DNA of 64,000 nucleotides from Paraspadella gotoi (GCA_051294375.1 CM119269.1:3080026-3144025); one strand, 5' to 3'; shown: positions 1 through 14,400, counted from the stretch's first letter. The notes: generated from the sequence alone by a model not told the origin. Translations and numbers: made by a program.

Positions 1-683
1 TTTTCCTACATACAATTTTATACGTATTCCAAATTAAAAAAAAAAACGTTTAACAAATTGAACAAAAAAGGGAGATGACCATTTTTTCAAACGGTTGAAA
101 ATTACTCGGGAATAAAACTTTGAATGGGAAAACAAACACGGCATCAAAGACTGGGTCATTTCATACTCCGTCGGCGTAAATGATCAACAAACCCGACGTG
201 AATAATATCAAAGGTTTGAAAAAAAAATATTTACTGAGAAAGCGAAATCGTAAAGAAAAATAATAAAATCGTAAAATTTCTCTTAAAGTTTAAGAGACAC
301 GTCCGACTATAAACAATTTTAAAATTTAATTGCTAAAATAAAATAAAATTAACAGAAAGGGGGTTTATTAGTGAATGAAAGAATATGGGGGAATCGGGGT
401 GGGGGGGGGGAAGGGTTCGATTCACAGTTTGACGAAGACGGAATGATTGGGCGAAGCAAGGAGACATTTCTTTTTATTATTGAGGATTGAGGGTTTCAAC
501 GCCACGTGTCAATGACTTCGCGATGGAAAGGGTCGGGTGAGGAAGAGATGAAGAGTCGACTAGTGGAAATGAAGTTCGAAGAAATTCAACTCCATCCCGA
601 CGACAACTGCGCCATACCAGCAGCTGCGGCGGCGGCAGCTGCGGCCGCAGCTGCAGCGTCGTTAGGAGAAGCGCCGGAAGTGA

Positions 684-3600
684 CTACGGTGGCAGTTGCT
701 GGACCTGCTGCCGACGACGCTGAAATCGAAAAAAAAAAACCCGGAATTTTGAAAATAAATTTATGGTTCCAAACGGAACCGGGATTCATGCCATCATGGC
801 TCCTCTCCACCATTTGCTTATTTGGAACAAAAGAGCAATGACGTCGTGGAGAGGAGTGACATGATAGAATAAAAAGTTTTTTATTTTCGTAAATGGAATT
901 TACCTGTGGTAGTGCAGGAGCAGTAGAGACTACAGGCGCGGCGGCTTCTTTTTTCCGCTTCAACTTTTTCCTTCTGCGATCAATCAACGCTACTTCGCTT
1001 TTGAGCGCCATGTAAACTTTTCGCATCTCCATGAGTTTTTCCTAATATTGAAAATATTTAAAGAGTTAAAATTAAAAATATAAATATCACGGGCAGTGAT
1101 TTTGATCGAGGAATTCAGAAAAAAAACCACTTTTTGCAATATTGCTAGAATATTACCTTCAAAATGATTAATTTTGAATCCTAAGACAAAGTGAGCTCGA
1201 TTACGGATTAATTGAAATCATCTGCTGCATTTTCTAATCAAGAATAAATATCATTTTTGCTACTTTTAATAAAAAAAATTATGTCCATTTTTGTCCATTT
1301 TCACTTTTGTCTTGAGATTTGAATGCCAAGATCATTGAAGAAAATTTTTTACTCCGGCTTTCGGGTCCTTCTTATCTTCTTTACCTCTGAGTTGGTTCAT
1401 TTTCAGTTGGTCATTTATTGTTTACCTATGAATTAATTTTAAATTGACTGGTCAAAAACTACATTTTTACATTTTATTACAATTTGTTAAACAAAAATAC
1501 TTCAAAATGTTCACAATTCTAATAAAATATTCCATATGAATGGTGCTTCTGGTACCTAAAAAATTAGAGCAAAATATTTAATACTTTTGCTGCAAAAAAT
1601 TTTTAAGTCAACTTTTAATTTGTGAGGATTTGTGAGGTGCGTTTTATTTGAACTAAAACACGGTTTTTAACTCATTTTATAGTTTTAACAGATGATAAAC
1701 ATACTAAGGTTGACAAATAAAAAAACCGCCTTCTTTATTGAAAGGGGAAGCGTCAGCAAATTAATTTCTCTCAATCGACAGCTTTTTGCGGAAAAATTTC
1801 CGCAAAAATCTGTCGATTTTTTAAATCTGCTTGGCAACCAAACTTTGAATAAATCATACGCTACCGAAGTTTTCGCGAAATAAAATTAGGAGAGAAAAAA
1901 GTTTATTTTTGTTTACAAACAACGACTTTTATTTTTGAAACGGACATGTTTCGATTCTTTTTCGAGTCTTCTGATTTTATAAGAAATTTGTCAAACATTA
2001 TGAAGTGGAGGACGGAATTTTTAGTGAAAAGGAATTTCGATACCAAAGTAAAATGACGGAGAGTTTATTTCAGTATAACAATCGGAAGGGAAAATGCGCG
2101 CAAAGAATAAATAACAATGACTTTTATATGCAACTACTTTGTTTACCAAAGTAGGAATGATGAAAGGGAATGGAATTATAGCCGAGAAATATTATTGACA
2201 TTTTTGCAATTTACAGAAATTCTTTTCTCACGAACTGCACTATTGATTGAAGAGAGAGGACGAGAGAGAGAGAGAGAGAGAGAGCGTCCACCCAAAGAAT
2301 TGAGTAATGCGATAGTATTGAAGGTCGAGGACAGCTGAAGGACAAGAAGTACTGACTATGTCGAAAAAAATAAAAATTTAACGCTTATTTATGGGGGCGT
2401 GAAGCATCCAAAATACTTAACACAGAGAGAAAGAGAAAAAGAGAGAAGTCAGAGCAAAAGTTCGAAAAAGGATAGAAATTAAGAAAAGAATGAAAACAAG
2501 AAAAAAGTTTCATAACATAGTGTGCCGGATTTTTTGCCTAGTAGTAGTATATCTAAAAAACGCAACAGTTTCTACGAGCAATTTATCTTTAAAAGTTGTT
2601 CTTACCATGAAAACATCGTTTTTAGTTTCTTCTTAAATTAAGGCTTGTATTACCGTAATTGGAATGATTGACGTGAAAGAAATAATGTCTTACCGTATTT
2701 TGAAAGATAGAAATTCTACCCAGTGAAGTTTTAGTGTTATAAGGAAAGATAACTAATGCCAACCGGTTTTTTTAAAATAAAGAGTGTTTCAATATTTATC
2801 AGTGGGAAAAAGAATTAATAGTTATTTAAGTTCCAATTTCATTATTGAAAATACCCAAAGCAAAATCACTGCCCACGTTTTTAAGTTTTTACAGTTTATA
2901 GTGTATTCACTTTCTCACATTCAGTTTATTATTACCTGAAGGAGAGTGATTCTCTCGTTAGGATCCATGGAGTCGTTGAGATTCAGGTTTAATGTCCAGC
3001 CTGTAAGAAATAAGGATTAACTTTTATTTCAAATTTATCAAAATTGTAAATTTGTTCATTCATAAGTCGTCAAATTTAATATGATTCCATCAAAACTTAC
3101 CGGCATAAGGAATGGGTTTTGGCTGCCGTGGATTTCGTTTCTCCATGGATCCCTTCGTTTTCTCCCGCGGCCGAGAATCTGTCGCTGGTTCCGCTGAGAA
3201 GAAAGAAGGCAAAAACGGTCAAACTCTTTGTCGAAACCCCCGATCCAACTTAACTCCGACTGACCCACGGCCTTGGTTTCGCCCTCGTCCTCGAACTCTT
3301 CTCTTCTCCGGCGACGTTCTTCCGCTACATCGACGGGACTTCCGACGGCGCCGCTCGAGTCTTCGGTGTCGCTCCCTTGGAGACGCGAAAAGGCCGACTT
3401 TTTGGAATGCTTGGCCGAGGTTCGTCGACCCTCCTTCCCTTCGCCCGTGCGAGAGCGGCGTTTCTTCGAAGCCGGCCAAAAAGAGTTTTCGTCCTAGTCG
3501 ATAGAAGATGGATGAATAGATAGAGTGTCATTTATAAAATTTAAAAGGAAGAAAGGTCGAAAACTTGCCTCATCTTCCTCTGGTGCGTCATGCTTCAGTC

Positions 3601-6600
3601 GCATCTTCTTCTTCATTAACGCCGAAGCCGAATTTGCTAAAAAAAACGATTGTAGCACTATCTTTAGTACACGAGGAGTCATAAATCGAGACCGAATCCA
3701 CTTACTGTTAGCGACGGCGGCGGCCGGGGCGTGCGTGGGAGAGTTGCTGGCAGTCGATGATTGCGAGGATCCCGATCCCGAAAATCCGATGACGAGTTGG
3801 GGCGTCGACGCCTGACTGGCGGCGTCCTCAGTGGCGCCGTCACCGGAAGTCGCTCCTCGAAATGACGCCAAAGAACCCAGGGTGTCGTAAAATCCCTCTG
3901 CGGCGCCAAATTTTTTTTGTTCGAAATAAGGTAAATGCAATTTTTACGGTTAATCTTTTTTCTTTATTTGTCATTCGTTTATAGATGGAAAGGTACAATA
4001 AGATTCTTTAGATTCCTTACTAATTTTCCGATTTTTTTTTCAATTCTATTTAATTTTTCTGCAAAAAGCATTCCGTAACTCTCCAATCTATTATCTCACC
4101 CGCCGGCTGCGGCCCTTGCGAACCAGAAGCCGAAGAAGACAGTAGCAAAAGATCGCATGCTCCAGAAAGCATCCCGCCGTCGTCGCCATCGTCGCCGACG
4201 GCAGCCGTGGCCGCGCCGCCAGTAGATCCCGGCGAAGCGGCGACTCCGGGAGGAGACCGAACTTGACTTAGACCGGCGGAAGACGCCAGTTGATGCTGGA
4301 ATCCGGCCGCGGCGCCACCGCTGCGTTCGCGACCGCGTCCACTCTCTACCGCTGTCAGTGCCGACGCGGCGTGATCGGCGAGAGTCTTGGGAGTGTAGAA
4401 GTAATAAAGAATTTTATTTCAATAGAGATAGTTTCTCCTTAACTCGCGATACCCAACTAACCTCATAGTGCGGAACAGTCGCCGTCGCCGTCCCCGTTGC
4501 GGCGTTTGCGACGCCGGAAACTGCTTCTCCCTCAGCCATTGATAGAAGCGACGAGGAAGCAGCTAGATCTAATAGAGACTGCGCCGACGCCGCCGATGAA
4601 AAACTAAAGAGATTAAAATTTCGCAATTAGACAAAAACGGACATCTTCACAACTGCGCCACTTCCTAAGCACACCTGGGCGGCGACACACAGTTTCCGAC
4701 GACTTGACGCGATTCTGTCGGCGAAGTGAAAGTCGGTCGGTTCACGACGCGAGAAGAGGAAGCGAGGGGAGACGTCGACGTCTGGAAAAAGAGACGAGAA
4801 AATAAAATATCCATCTTAGATCAGACAGAAGCTGAGCACAACCCAACCTTTGAACGAGAGTGGTGTCCCGAATGAACGGAAGGTGAGTGAAGGGCAGCAC
4901 CAGGCTCCATCGCCGCGACTCCCTCTGGCGAGCCGAGGGGAAAAAAGCGAGGAGGATCGAGCTCATCCGAGCCCATGGAAGGACCTACGGCGTTGGAGGC
5001 GAAGGGTCATTTACACAACACACCATAAGTTAAAACAACAAAGAGAGAGAAAGAGATATACCCTGAAGCGACTGTCCCAGTAGGTCGTGGTTGAGGTGGT
5101 CGTCGTGGTCGTGCTCAGGCGTCGACGGCGGTGAATCGAGGACGGAAGATGAAGAGGGCGCCGAGGGTCGCGGCGAAGTGGGGATCGGCTCCGGGACCGG
5201 CTCCGCTTTTGAGGATGGAGAGAAGGTCTCCTCGGACGTCGAAGGCTGACAATCTTGTAACGAGAAGATTTTCGATTATGCGAAAGTGTCACACGATTAT
5301 AATGAATTTTTCGAATGAGCTAACCCGCGTCTCTTCCAGTTCCCGGCTTCATCTTTTTTTTGGCCGCCTCGTCTCGAGCGGCACCGACGGCGCCACGCCC
5401 ATCAGTCGTCGCCTCGCTCTTCCTTTTCTTTTCTTTCTTTCCTCGCTTCTCCGACCGGGCATCTTCGTCGTCGGTGTACTTTCCTTTTTTTCCTCTCCCT
5501 TCATCAACTCCCCCGCCACCGGCCTTTCGTTTTGGAGATTCTCCTCGCTCGTTTTCCTCTTCTTTCCTCGATCCCTTCTTTCCTTTTCCTCCCTTTCCTC
5601 CTTTCTTTTCTCTGACGGCCTCGTCGCTCTCGTCCAAATCCTCTTCCTTCTTTGGCAAAGTTTGAGGATGATGATGATGATGATCAGCATCCAGCTTTTC
5701 CAGTCGAACTTCGATCGTTCCTTTTAAAGCAACATGAAATCGTTAGCTTAAAAAAAAGTTTTTTTCACCGTCAGTGACTTACCCTTTCTCGCTTCAATCT
5801 CATAACCCGTAAAATCTTTGGTCTCTTTTTTTACAGGGTCAGCGGGTTTTTCTTCGGGAGTGGTTTCTGACGCTTCTTTGGTTTCCTATTTTTCATGAAT
5901 AACGTTGCTGTTAACAAACCAAAAAACATTATTAACATTAAATAGAATGAAACCTTAGAGAATCTGGGAAGTTGCTCGAGATCGGCGTTGGCCTCAGAGT
6001 CGCTCGTGGAGGTGGACGGCTTTACGTCGACGGACGACTCGTAGGTCTTCTGACTGGGGAAAAACCCCTTGGGGCCGGTGACGGGGACGGCGATCACCGC
6101 GGTCTCTTCAGACTCTTTGCTGTTGCGTCGCGAAGTCTTTTTCTTTGAGGAGGTGGCGTTGAAGGCGCCTTCCTCCTCGTCATCCCCGTCCTCGCCTTCT
6201 TCCTCTGTCTTTGAAGGCGTGGCCAGCGGCGGCGGCGCCGTCGTCGTCGAACCGGTCGTCGTCGTCCCCGTAATCCGAGAAGTTACTTGCGGACCCACGG
6301 AGCTGATTAAAGAAAGACAATGACTTACGAATTCCAGTTTACAAGAGAGCCAATTAACTCTCACCCTGCGCTTGAAGAGACGGACGAAGAAGAGCCTCGC
6401 CTCAACCGGGTTGCCGCTCGAAAACCGGCATCTACGACGGCAACGGGATCTTCTGACGCCGACGCGCAGATGGCGCCAATGGACGGATCGTCGCCGCCTT
6501 CCGTGGTTGTGGACTGCTCTTTGTTGGAGTTGGAGCGGCGAAGCGTGCGAGCTTAAAGCGGATTTGAGTCAGAACAATGAACGCATTTAAAGATCATAAG

Positions 6601-9600
6601 TTTATACAAACCTAATGAAAAAGTAAGCTTCATTAAATTCTATAGAAACTCACCCGCTTTGGAAGTCTCCGAGGCGGAGGTGGTCTCAAACTTGTTAACA
6701 GAGCTGCCGCGGGAACTGCTGTGATCCGATCGCGTCGACGAAGCTGACGAGGGTCGTTTTCCTCCTAAAAATATTATCAGAGAAATTATCGGTCCCGACT
6801 ACCTTGCCGATGTCACACAAGAACTCACCTTTATGCTTGACCTTGCCGTGCTCCACTCTCCCGGCCAATGCGGTGAGACTTCCGTCCGCCTTTGCTCCTT
6901 TGACGCTGGCGACTCGAGGCGGGACAGCTTTTTTACGCGGCCGAGACACGTGACTTCCCGTCCCGCCTCCTTTTTCGATCAGTTTTTCGATTCGTTCGCG
7001 GCGAACCCATTCGTCGTATCTAAAATGAAGGGGGAAAAAAATATTATTTTCTTATTTTCTTATGTTATCTCCTAATAGATGCTTACCTCACGTTCCATCC
7101 CTGATAATGAACCAGGTAGAGAGTGTCTTCGGTTTCGTTGTCGATCTCAATAATTTTTGCAGGATAAGACTTTTCGTTCGTCTTCCTTTCGCCGTAGCGA
7201 ACCTTCACTTTGGCTCCCAATCCAAATTCGTCCTGGAGCAGAGATTAAGCGAATCTTTTTTCAAATACAGATGTAGACGAATAAATTTAAGAAGGATAAA
7301 AGGACGCGAAACCTTGGAAGCGTCGTACTCCATGTCGGCCTCTTCGGTGTCCTCGGAATCCGCCCTGTACCCGACAGAATCGGACTTTCCCTCCTCACCA
7401 CCCTTGACGAGCGAGTTGCCTCCACCCTTCCTCCTCTTTCCTTTTCCCTCTTCCTCTTCTTCCGCTTCCTCCTTTTCTTCTTCGGTCGTCTTGTCGTCCG
7501 CCTCCGGCTCCGCCTCCTTGATCGCCCCATCCTTTGACGTCGAGGCGGTGGCGATACAACGGCGCGCGTCTTTCGCGGCAACGCGACCGGAGGCATGACG
7601 CAGTCGGGCGCCGTCCGGTCTTCGTTGGAGGGGGAAAAAATTTAAAATTTATTTTTCTAAATAAGATCCGAAACATTTCGGCTCTTTTTACAAAAAAAAC
7701 CTATGGGTCGTAGTGCGTCCCGTGTCCATGGTGACAGCCAATCCGAGTTTGCGGTGAAATTCCTCAAAGGTGTAAAGATACTTCCTGAAGGCGGCCTTCA
7801 TCTTCGCCGATCCGGACGAAGCGCTGGCGCTCGGAAAACCCATCCGGACATAGACCTAAGACGGATACAAAACATTTTTAGCATAATGATAATGAACCAT
7901 ATTACGTGACAAATTTCGTCTCACCGTCCGCCATTTCATCTGGTTGGTGACCCGGTTGTAGCCTCCCATTTGCTGTACCAGGTTGAAGAGCCGGTAGAGA
8001 CTGAGGTCGCGATTGGCGACGACCGGCGCCGAGTTGATCGGAGTCCCGTAGTCGTCCATGAACTTCAACAGGCTAGCCACGAACCTATGGCGAAGAGAGA
8101 AAACAATGTTGCGTTCAGTGGACTTAATGGGCCGAACCAAAAACAAAAACGAACCTGTCCCTTTCTTCGTCGGGTTTGTACTCGTCGGAACTGTTATCTT
8201 CTTCGCTCAGGTGAGCGTCCTTGTCGTCGTCGACGGCCTGTTGACACGCAAGAAGCAAGAATCGGCGTTGAGTCGATGAAAAGGGAAAGGAAACTTTGAG
8301 ACTTGAAACTTACTTCTTCTTCCTCGTCGTCGTCGTCCTGGTCGTCCTCGCTTAGTAGGACGGTATCCGTTTCCCAAGTGGGAGGCATCTCTCCGGTATC
8401 CAAGTAGGCGATGGCCTTTTCCATCGCCGAACGAAGAACTTCTTTATCTTGCCTGTTAGGAGAAAAAAAAATATACTGTTAAAACAATATCTCATGCGTC
8501 GTATATGTATAATATCAATATCTACCTAAATAAGCGACTACTTTTCTTCATTTTTTGTTCGTCAGGAAAACTTTTTTTTTATAAAAAATTAAACACATTT
8601 TACTTTTTTGCAGTTTTTTAAACTAAAAATTATTAACTACAACGCCTCATACTCATACTCAGTCGGATCAATAAACAGATTTGGCCATTGCTTTTGACAT
8701 ATATGTCAACGCATGCGTGAAAACACTCGGCTAATCAAATAGTTCCATCTCATATCGAGCAAGGTAAGGAAAGACTAAGGAAATTTTCCACAACTTCTTT
8801 TGCAAAATAGACGTAGTGTTTACCGTCCATATTGTATCGAAAAACTTCGGGTCCGGCGGCCACTGCGAAAGGCCACCGGACCTTCACCCTTTTGCATATC
8901 ATTAGGCAGGTCAAACTCGGGAATCTTGGGTTTTAAGGCGATTGTACTGCCTCTTGTGCGACCAGGCGAGGTCCACGAATGAGGGGAGGATAGCGGAAAA
9001 GATGTTGCTACACTGTTTCAAAAATAATAGGATTTTACACTGATACTTTTAACATAGAAGAAAAAATTCAAGATTTGAAGTCGATAAAATCGGTGATAAA
9101 AAATTACATGCAACAAAGCAAAATATGACGGTAACAATATTAATCTCCAATGATCCATTGTCGATATATGGGCCATGACCCATTTAAAAACAAACGACCT
9201 TAAAAGCTTATTCGGGATAGTTAACTACTGATTAATATTCATTAATCATTGATAGCCAAGCTATGCTAAATTTCTAAAACTCACTTGGATCCATAATCAC
9301 GGTTGTACTCTTTAACGTCTTTCTGTAGGATACAATGAAACTTAGAGTCCTTGAAGGAGCGAACTAGCAGATACTCTTTGGAGGGAACTCCTCGGTGATC
9401 GGAGCGCGGATGAACGACTAGTGCAGGGAACCATGTTGGTTTATGGCTGCAGAACGAAAAAGAGGGGAGGGAGATTGACTGAATTACTGAGACGACCTCG
9501 CGTAGACGAAAAATAAAAAGCAAACGTTGAGCGACTAACCTCTGCGACGAAAGCGGCGACCCGAGCGGCGATGGTGTGGAGGCGTGGCTGCCGCTCGAGG

Positions 9601-10589
9601 TCTTCATCCGACGATCGTCCAATTTGGAAGAATCGATGATCGCCACCTTCCCGATCCACCATTTGGCGTAATCCTTGTTGGTGAGTTGAGCCGATTTGGG
9701 GGAACGCGATTTGGTTCTCTTGGCCGGGCTGCCAACGTCGTCGCCAGATTCAGCCTCTTCCTCTTCGTCCTCTTCGTCTTCATCGTAGTCCAAGTTCAAA
9801 ACAGGCGCCGAGACACGACTTCGTGGCTTTTGACCTGAAGTCGCTTAGAAGGTTAATACGAAGGCAATTTCAATTTTTAGTTCAGCGATACTCCCAACGA
9901 TATGCGAATTACTCTGAAACATCACAAAACTCCTTTTTGCCATTACAGACTATTCACCTCGTTTATGTTGCAGCACGGGAGTGCCAAAGTGCTCCGGGTG
10001 AGTGAGCGGAAGATTATCCAAATTTTCGCTGACATTGAAATGTTTTTCTCCTTTGAGACACAATGACGATCTCTTTAATGTTCGCTCATCGCCGTCATCG
10101 AACACCACAGTGTACGAGCTGAACGTTCCAAAGTTTTATTGGTTATTTACTGACAGGTTATTATAGCTAAACTTTTCAATTATATAGAGCTCAGAGGCCG
10201 ATTAGGCGTACAGAAACAAGACAGAACATGCCTGCAGTCGGTGAGTTTTTGAAGGACAGCTTCTTGAAATAGATTGGTATCTGGATTCTTAGCTTCTACG
10301 ACAGCTGAAACACGTAAGGGTCCTTTGATATTGTCGTCGGTAACAATGCAAGGGCCTCCTTGGGAACCTTACAGTTTCAAACAAAGTTTCTTTAAATATA
10401 TTAATAGGAGAGCTCACGTCTAACTAATGGAAGCTTACCGGTTCCTTTAAAGATGACCTTGCACTTGACGAGGCGAGTGACCTTCTTAACTTTGGCCTCG
10501 CAAAAGGCCCCTCTGTACTTGGCACTCACGTCGGTGCCTACAGTCAGATAGGGCGGCTCTTCGCCGGCCGCCGTCTTTCGTGTCGACAT
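684..10589 (-). CDS. ARID4: AT-rich interactive domain protein 4 (ARID4A/B, RBBP1-like), multi-exon
   Basis: Spliced translation gives the N-terminal Tudor domain ([27 protein letters not shown]...[33 protein letters not shown]), RBB1NT (WFPALVV...[11 protein letters not shown], ~9290-9440), ARID ([33 protein letters not shown], ~7720-8095), chromo-barrel ([11 protein letters not shown]|YDEWV, ~7000-7230) and C-terminal coiled coil (ERITLLQ|[28 protein letters not shown]). Stop is at 684 if intron 720-903 is spliced; the frame stays open to 586 if it is retained. Internal low-complexity exon boundaries are approximate. Confidence 0.95.
1943..1975 (-). repeat. Degenerate minimal hammerhead-like motif (third copy of family), in ARID4 intron
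   Basis: Reverse strand reads ...tcagaagactcgaaaaagaatcGAAACATGTCcgttt. The downstream flank (tcgttgtttgtaaacaaaa) resembles that of the 17298 copy (tcgttgtctgaaaacaaaa). The CUGANGA box is mutated. Confidence 0.45.
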
Positions 10590-10949
10590 ATCGCCTGAAG
10601 CTAAAGAATAGGACGATTGGTCGAGGTGGAAAATACATCAAAAAAGCAGCTTGACGATACCTGGAAAGCTCGTTTTCTTGCTAGAAAATATTATCACTTG
10701 TCCTTTTTGAAAAAATCGGCCATTCTCAGGTCAAAGGGAACATGGCTTTGCGAAAATGTATTGCCGTGTGAGACGAGCGGATCGAAGCTTGGGAGTTGAC
10801 ATCTAATTTAGAAAACACATTGTAGTTATCGGAACTTCTTTATGAAAAACGATAATCTTTATAACTTGCTTTCAAGTTGGGAAACCGACTTGGGCAGGCA
10901 TGTAACAAAATTATGGAGCTGCTGGAACTTACATGGAGCAGCTGCAAAG

Positions 10950-10995
10950 GAGCGAGCCAATCATAACGAGGCTTGGGATCGTCGCAACCAATCCG
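10950..10995 (-). promoter_or_regulatory. CCAAT boxes upstream of ARID4
   Basis: gagccaatca and aaccaatcc about 350-400 nt upstream of the ARID4 ATG, between the WTAP 3' end and the ARID4 5' exons. Confidence 0.35.
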
Positions 10996-11413
10996 GTTTA
11001 GGCATAAGCCATAACAGAATCCGCTACATAACTTCGGCTTTCCGGGGTGGTATGTACATGTTTTTTATTCAATCGGTTTGGCTACCTTTCAAAGTTCAAA
11101 TGCCATTTACTAAATTAGCTAAACAGGGCATTTTTACAGGTTAAACCGTCTTAGCATCGTCTAATCCGCGCGTTGACATCAGTATTCTGTTTGAAATGAA
11201 TGTTGAAATGAAAGAAAGGTCCAATTTACGTCACAGATACAAAACGATTTGTTCGTACAAGAAAATCAGTTTTACAGTGGAGTGGTTTCATTTTATTGAT
11301 AACACTACTGACCAAAAAATCCTTTATTATCACAATTAACATAACAAAATGAAGAGAAATTATAGTTCTGTGACAAATCGATGACTCTTTGTAAGTCAAG
11401 GGACAAAATGGTT

Positions 11414-14400
11414 TCACTCACAATCCATGCCATTTTCGGCGCCCTCCCCGTTGACCATGGTCGCGCCCCGGGCGGCCCTCGAGACCCCAGATACTTTGCC
11501 GACTGCAGTGGCCCTTGTACCGCCTGACCTTGGACTCTTCCCCGCGGGTTTTCCCGTTCCCCCGTCCTCCTGGCTCGCCCCTTCGCGTTCCTCGTCCGGT
11601 TCTCCAGCGCTGTTTCTTCGTCCGCGCGTCGATCTTCCCGACCCACCGCTCCGCGGCTTTTTCGCCGGAGACGGCGTGGCGCCGGTCCGCGGCCCGGAGT
11701 CCTTGGAATGGGTTGAGTCGCCGTTAGATATAGCTCGTCCGACGACGGCGCCAGTTTCTTCGATGTTTCCAACAGAGTCCCCCGACGGAGAATGGGGTCT
11801 TTTCGACAATGTGGCGCCGTTGCTGTGGGAATTGTCATGGCGATACTTGATGCTTTCGGCGGGGGCAAGGGAATGAGATTTGGCGCCGGGCTTATCGTCG
11901 TTCGGCTCCGCCTCCATTTCTTCTTCCTCGAATTCTCTCCTCTCTGAGTCTTTGACGGTCAGAGTCAAGCTCTCCTCAGCGGCGGAGGAACTTAAAAGTT
12001 CCGCGCGCCCCTTGCTATTGTCCGTGCCTTCCTGGTGGATGGAAGAAGAACCCTCGCTCCTTTCCTCCTTGACGTCCGAATTGTTCGTCCGCATCGGATC
12101 CCTCGTGTCTCTGATCTCTTCCGGTTTGACTTCATGATTGTTTCCGAAAGCTCGCAACTTTTCGTTGTCTTCTTTCAGCTTGGTCGCTTGGTCTCTGGCT
12201 TCGCGCAGCTGTTGCTGCAGCAAATAAATAGTCGATTGCATGCCTTCGACGTCTTCGTCGAGTTCCGCAATGAATTCGTCCACCTCTGAGGGCGTTTGAA
12301 GCGGAGTCGGTGAAGAGATAAATGAATGAAAAGAAAAAGAAAAGAGTCAAAAGTCAGGGCGAATGTTTCTGATGACGAGGGGACCGCAGGCCTCCTGGCC
12401 TCCTCTCTGGCCAGGTTTTGATCTAGTTTGGATCTGACCATGAGCTACGTTCCAGTTTATGTGCAGAAAAACGCCGACGAGTATGGCGTCGAGCTGACGG
12501 AAGTGCATCTTGCTCCACCTTTGCTAAAATAAAGAAGGGATGTATATTTTACCATTTTTTACTGGTATTTAAACCCAAATAGGAATAAAATATACAATAT
12601 ACATCCCTTAATGGGTTTGCCGGAGAGGCTGCATTCGTCTAATAATTAAATCTCTAAATCTCTTTGCTGTGTTTTATAAGCGCAAAATTCACATCACGGG
12701 CTTTTCTCTAATGATTATTTTTTAACCGTCAATTCTTTAATTTTAACGTGAACAATTTAACGCTCTAGTTAAATTAAATAGAATTTATTTTATAGTTATG
12801 GCACTGATGGCACAACAAAAAAAGTTCCTCGCTGCAATGAACTATGCACTGACACCTATTGTTTAATTTAATTGTTCTCAAATGGCAATTGACGTCAAAT
12901 TCGTTATCATGTTTTTGTTTTTAAATTTTTTTTATAATAATATATGTTTATTTTTTAAGAAAATTATTTTAAGCAAGGAAAACAAACTGGCAATTTGCTA
13001 TAATGGGTCGTGACCTAATCTTTTAATTATGTCATTTTATCTATCAGCATTAATAAATGAAAAAGATGTTAGTTTTTTAATATTGGCATTGTAGAAGACG
13101 AAAATAGTAATAATAAGATTAAGACGCAAAAGTTTACTATTAAGTAATAATATTTTAAAAAAACTAGGTGAAAGTTGCAAGTGATTAAATAATGTGACCT
13201 AAAACAAAAACTAGATAACATAAAATAACATAATTTTATATAAAATATTAATTATATGTATAAAAACCTGAGATTCACTTTGTCACTGGTCAAATACAGT
13301 ATATACTACGCTTATTTATACGTATTAGCTAATTACTAAATACCATGATCTTGAATTGCGTCTTTATTTTATAAAAATATGATGTAGAAAAAAACTAACT
13401 TAAATATTTTACACTAAAATTAAATGAAATTAACTCACAACAAATATCGCTATATTTTCAATATCCCCATTACCTCTGTCTCGCCTGAGACGTTGCAGCC
13501 ATCTCCGGGCAAACCTGTGTTCCCTCTTCGACGCTGGCAAACGAAGACAAATGTCTAAGCAATCGAAGTAATTCAGTTCACAGGGCGAAGCGGCGCCCTC
13601 CGTGGAGGGACATCACTTCGTTATTGCAGGAAGAGAAACGAACACGTTTGGACGGGCAGTTCCAAGGGGAGCAAGATCTCGCGCCGCCAGATCGAAGCCA
13701 ACGTCGTCAAAGTCTTTCAAGGGGAAATTGTTCGCATTGTTCCTTCACGCGGTCGCAACAATGTTCGCAATGTCAACTGGACCGTTCGTTCATGGCGGGG
13801 ACGCAGGGAGGGTCGCTCGACCGTTCGATCGAGATTCCTTAAGCTTATCAGGAAACATAAGTTTTCATCTAGTTTTTTTTTTCAAGTTTCTTTGATTTTT
13901 AAATCGGGGTGGTGGTGCACTTCGCATGAAACGCGCCTCTTTGAAAAAAAAAGAAACTGATTAGAATTTTAAGGAGGAAATAAAAAAAAATCAGAGTTCT
14001 CCATCGCGCCGTGTCACTACGAGAGGAACCGTGGCATAATATCCTATGACAGCCCAGAATATTTTATATTTAGCGTCTCATTCTGATCTTTTCCGAGACT
14101 TCATCGTAAATAATTTTTTGCCACGTTTCCTAAAAGCCGCCCACTCTTTCTCCTCGTCGCGGCCAAAAATTACCCACCAGCCTGTCCCGTCTTCATCTCT
14201 TCCACGAGTCTCTTTTGGAGGGAAAGTTCCCCTTCGATCTTGGCGACGCGCCCGGAGGCGATCATCTTCCCGATGGATTCGTTCTCCTGCAACAGGCTTC
14301 GGCATCGAGCCATCAGTCTCTTCCCCGTTTGACTGATGTCGAAGGGGATCGAGGTTGAGGATTGAAGGTCGGGTCGAATGCGAAGCGGACAACGAAGGTA

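Noticed and set aside
1350-1392. Possible further hammerhead on the minus strand (cccgaaagccgg)
   Set aside because: No CUGANGA box or valid cleavage triplet in register.
3112-12289. Numerous plus-strand ORFs over ARID4 and WTAP
   Set aside because: Antisense shadows of GC-rich low-complexity exons with no independent splice structure or motifs.
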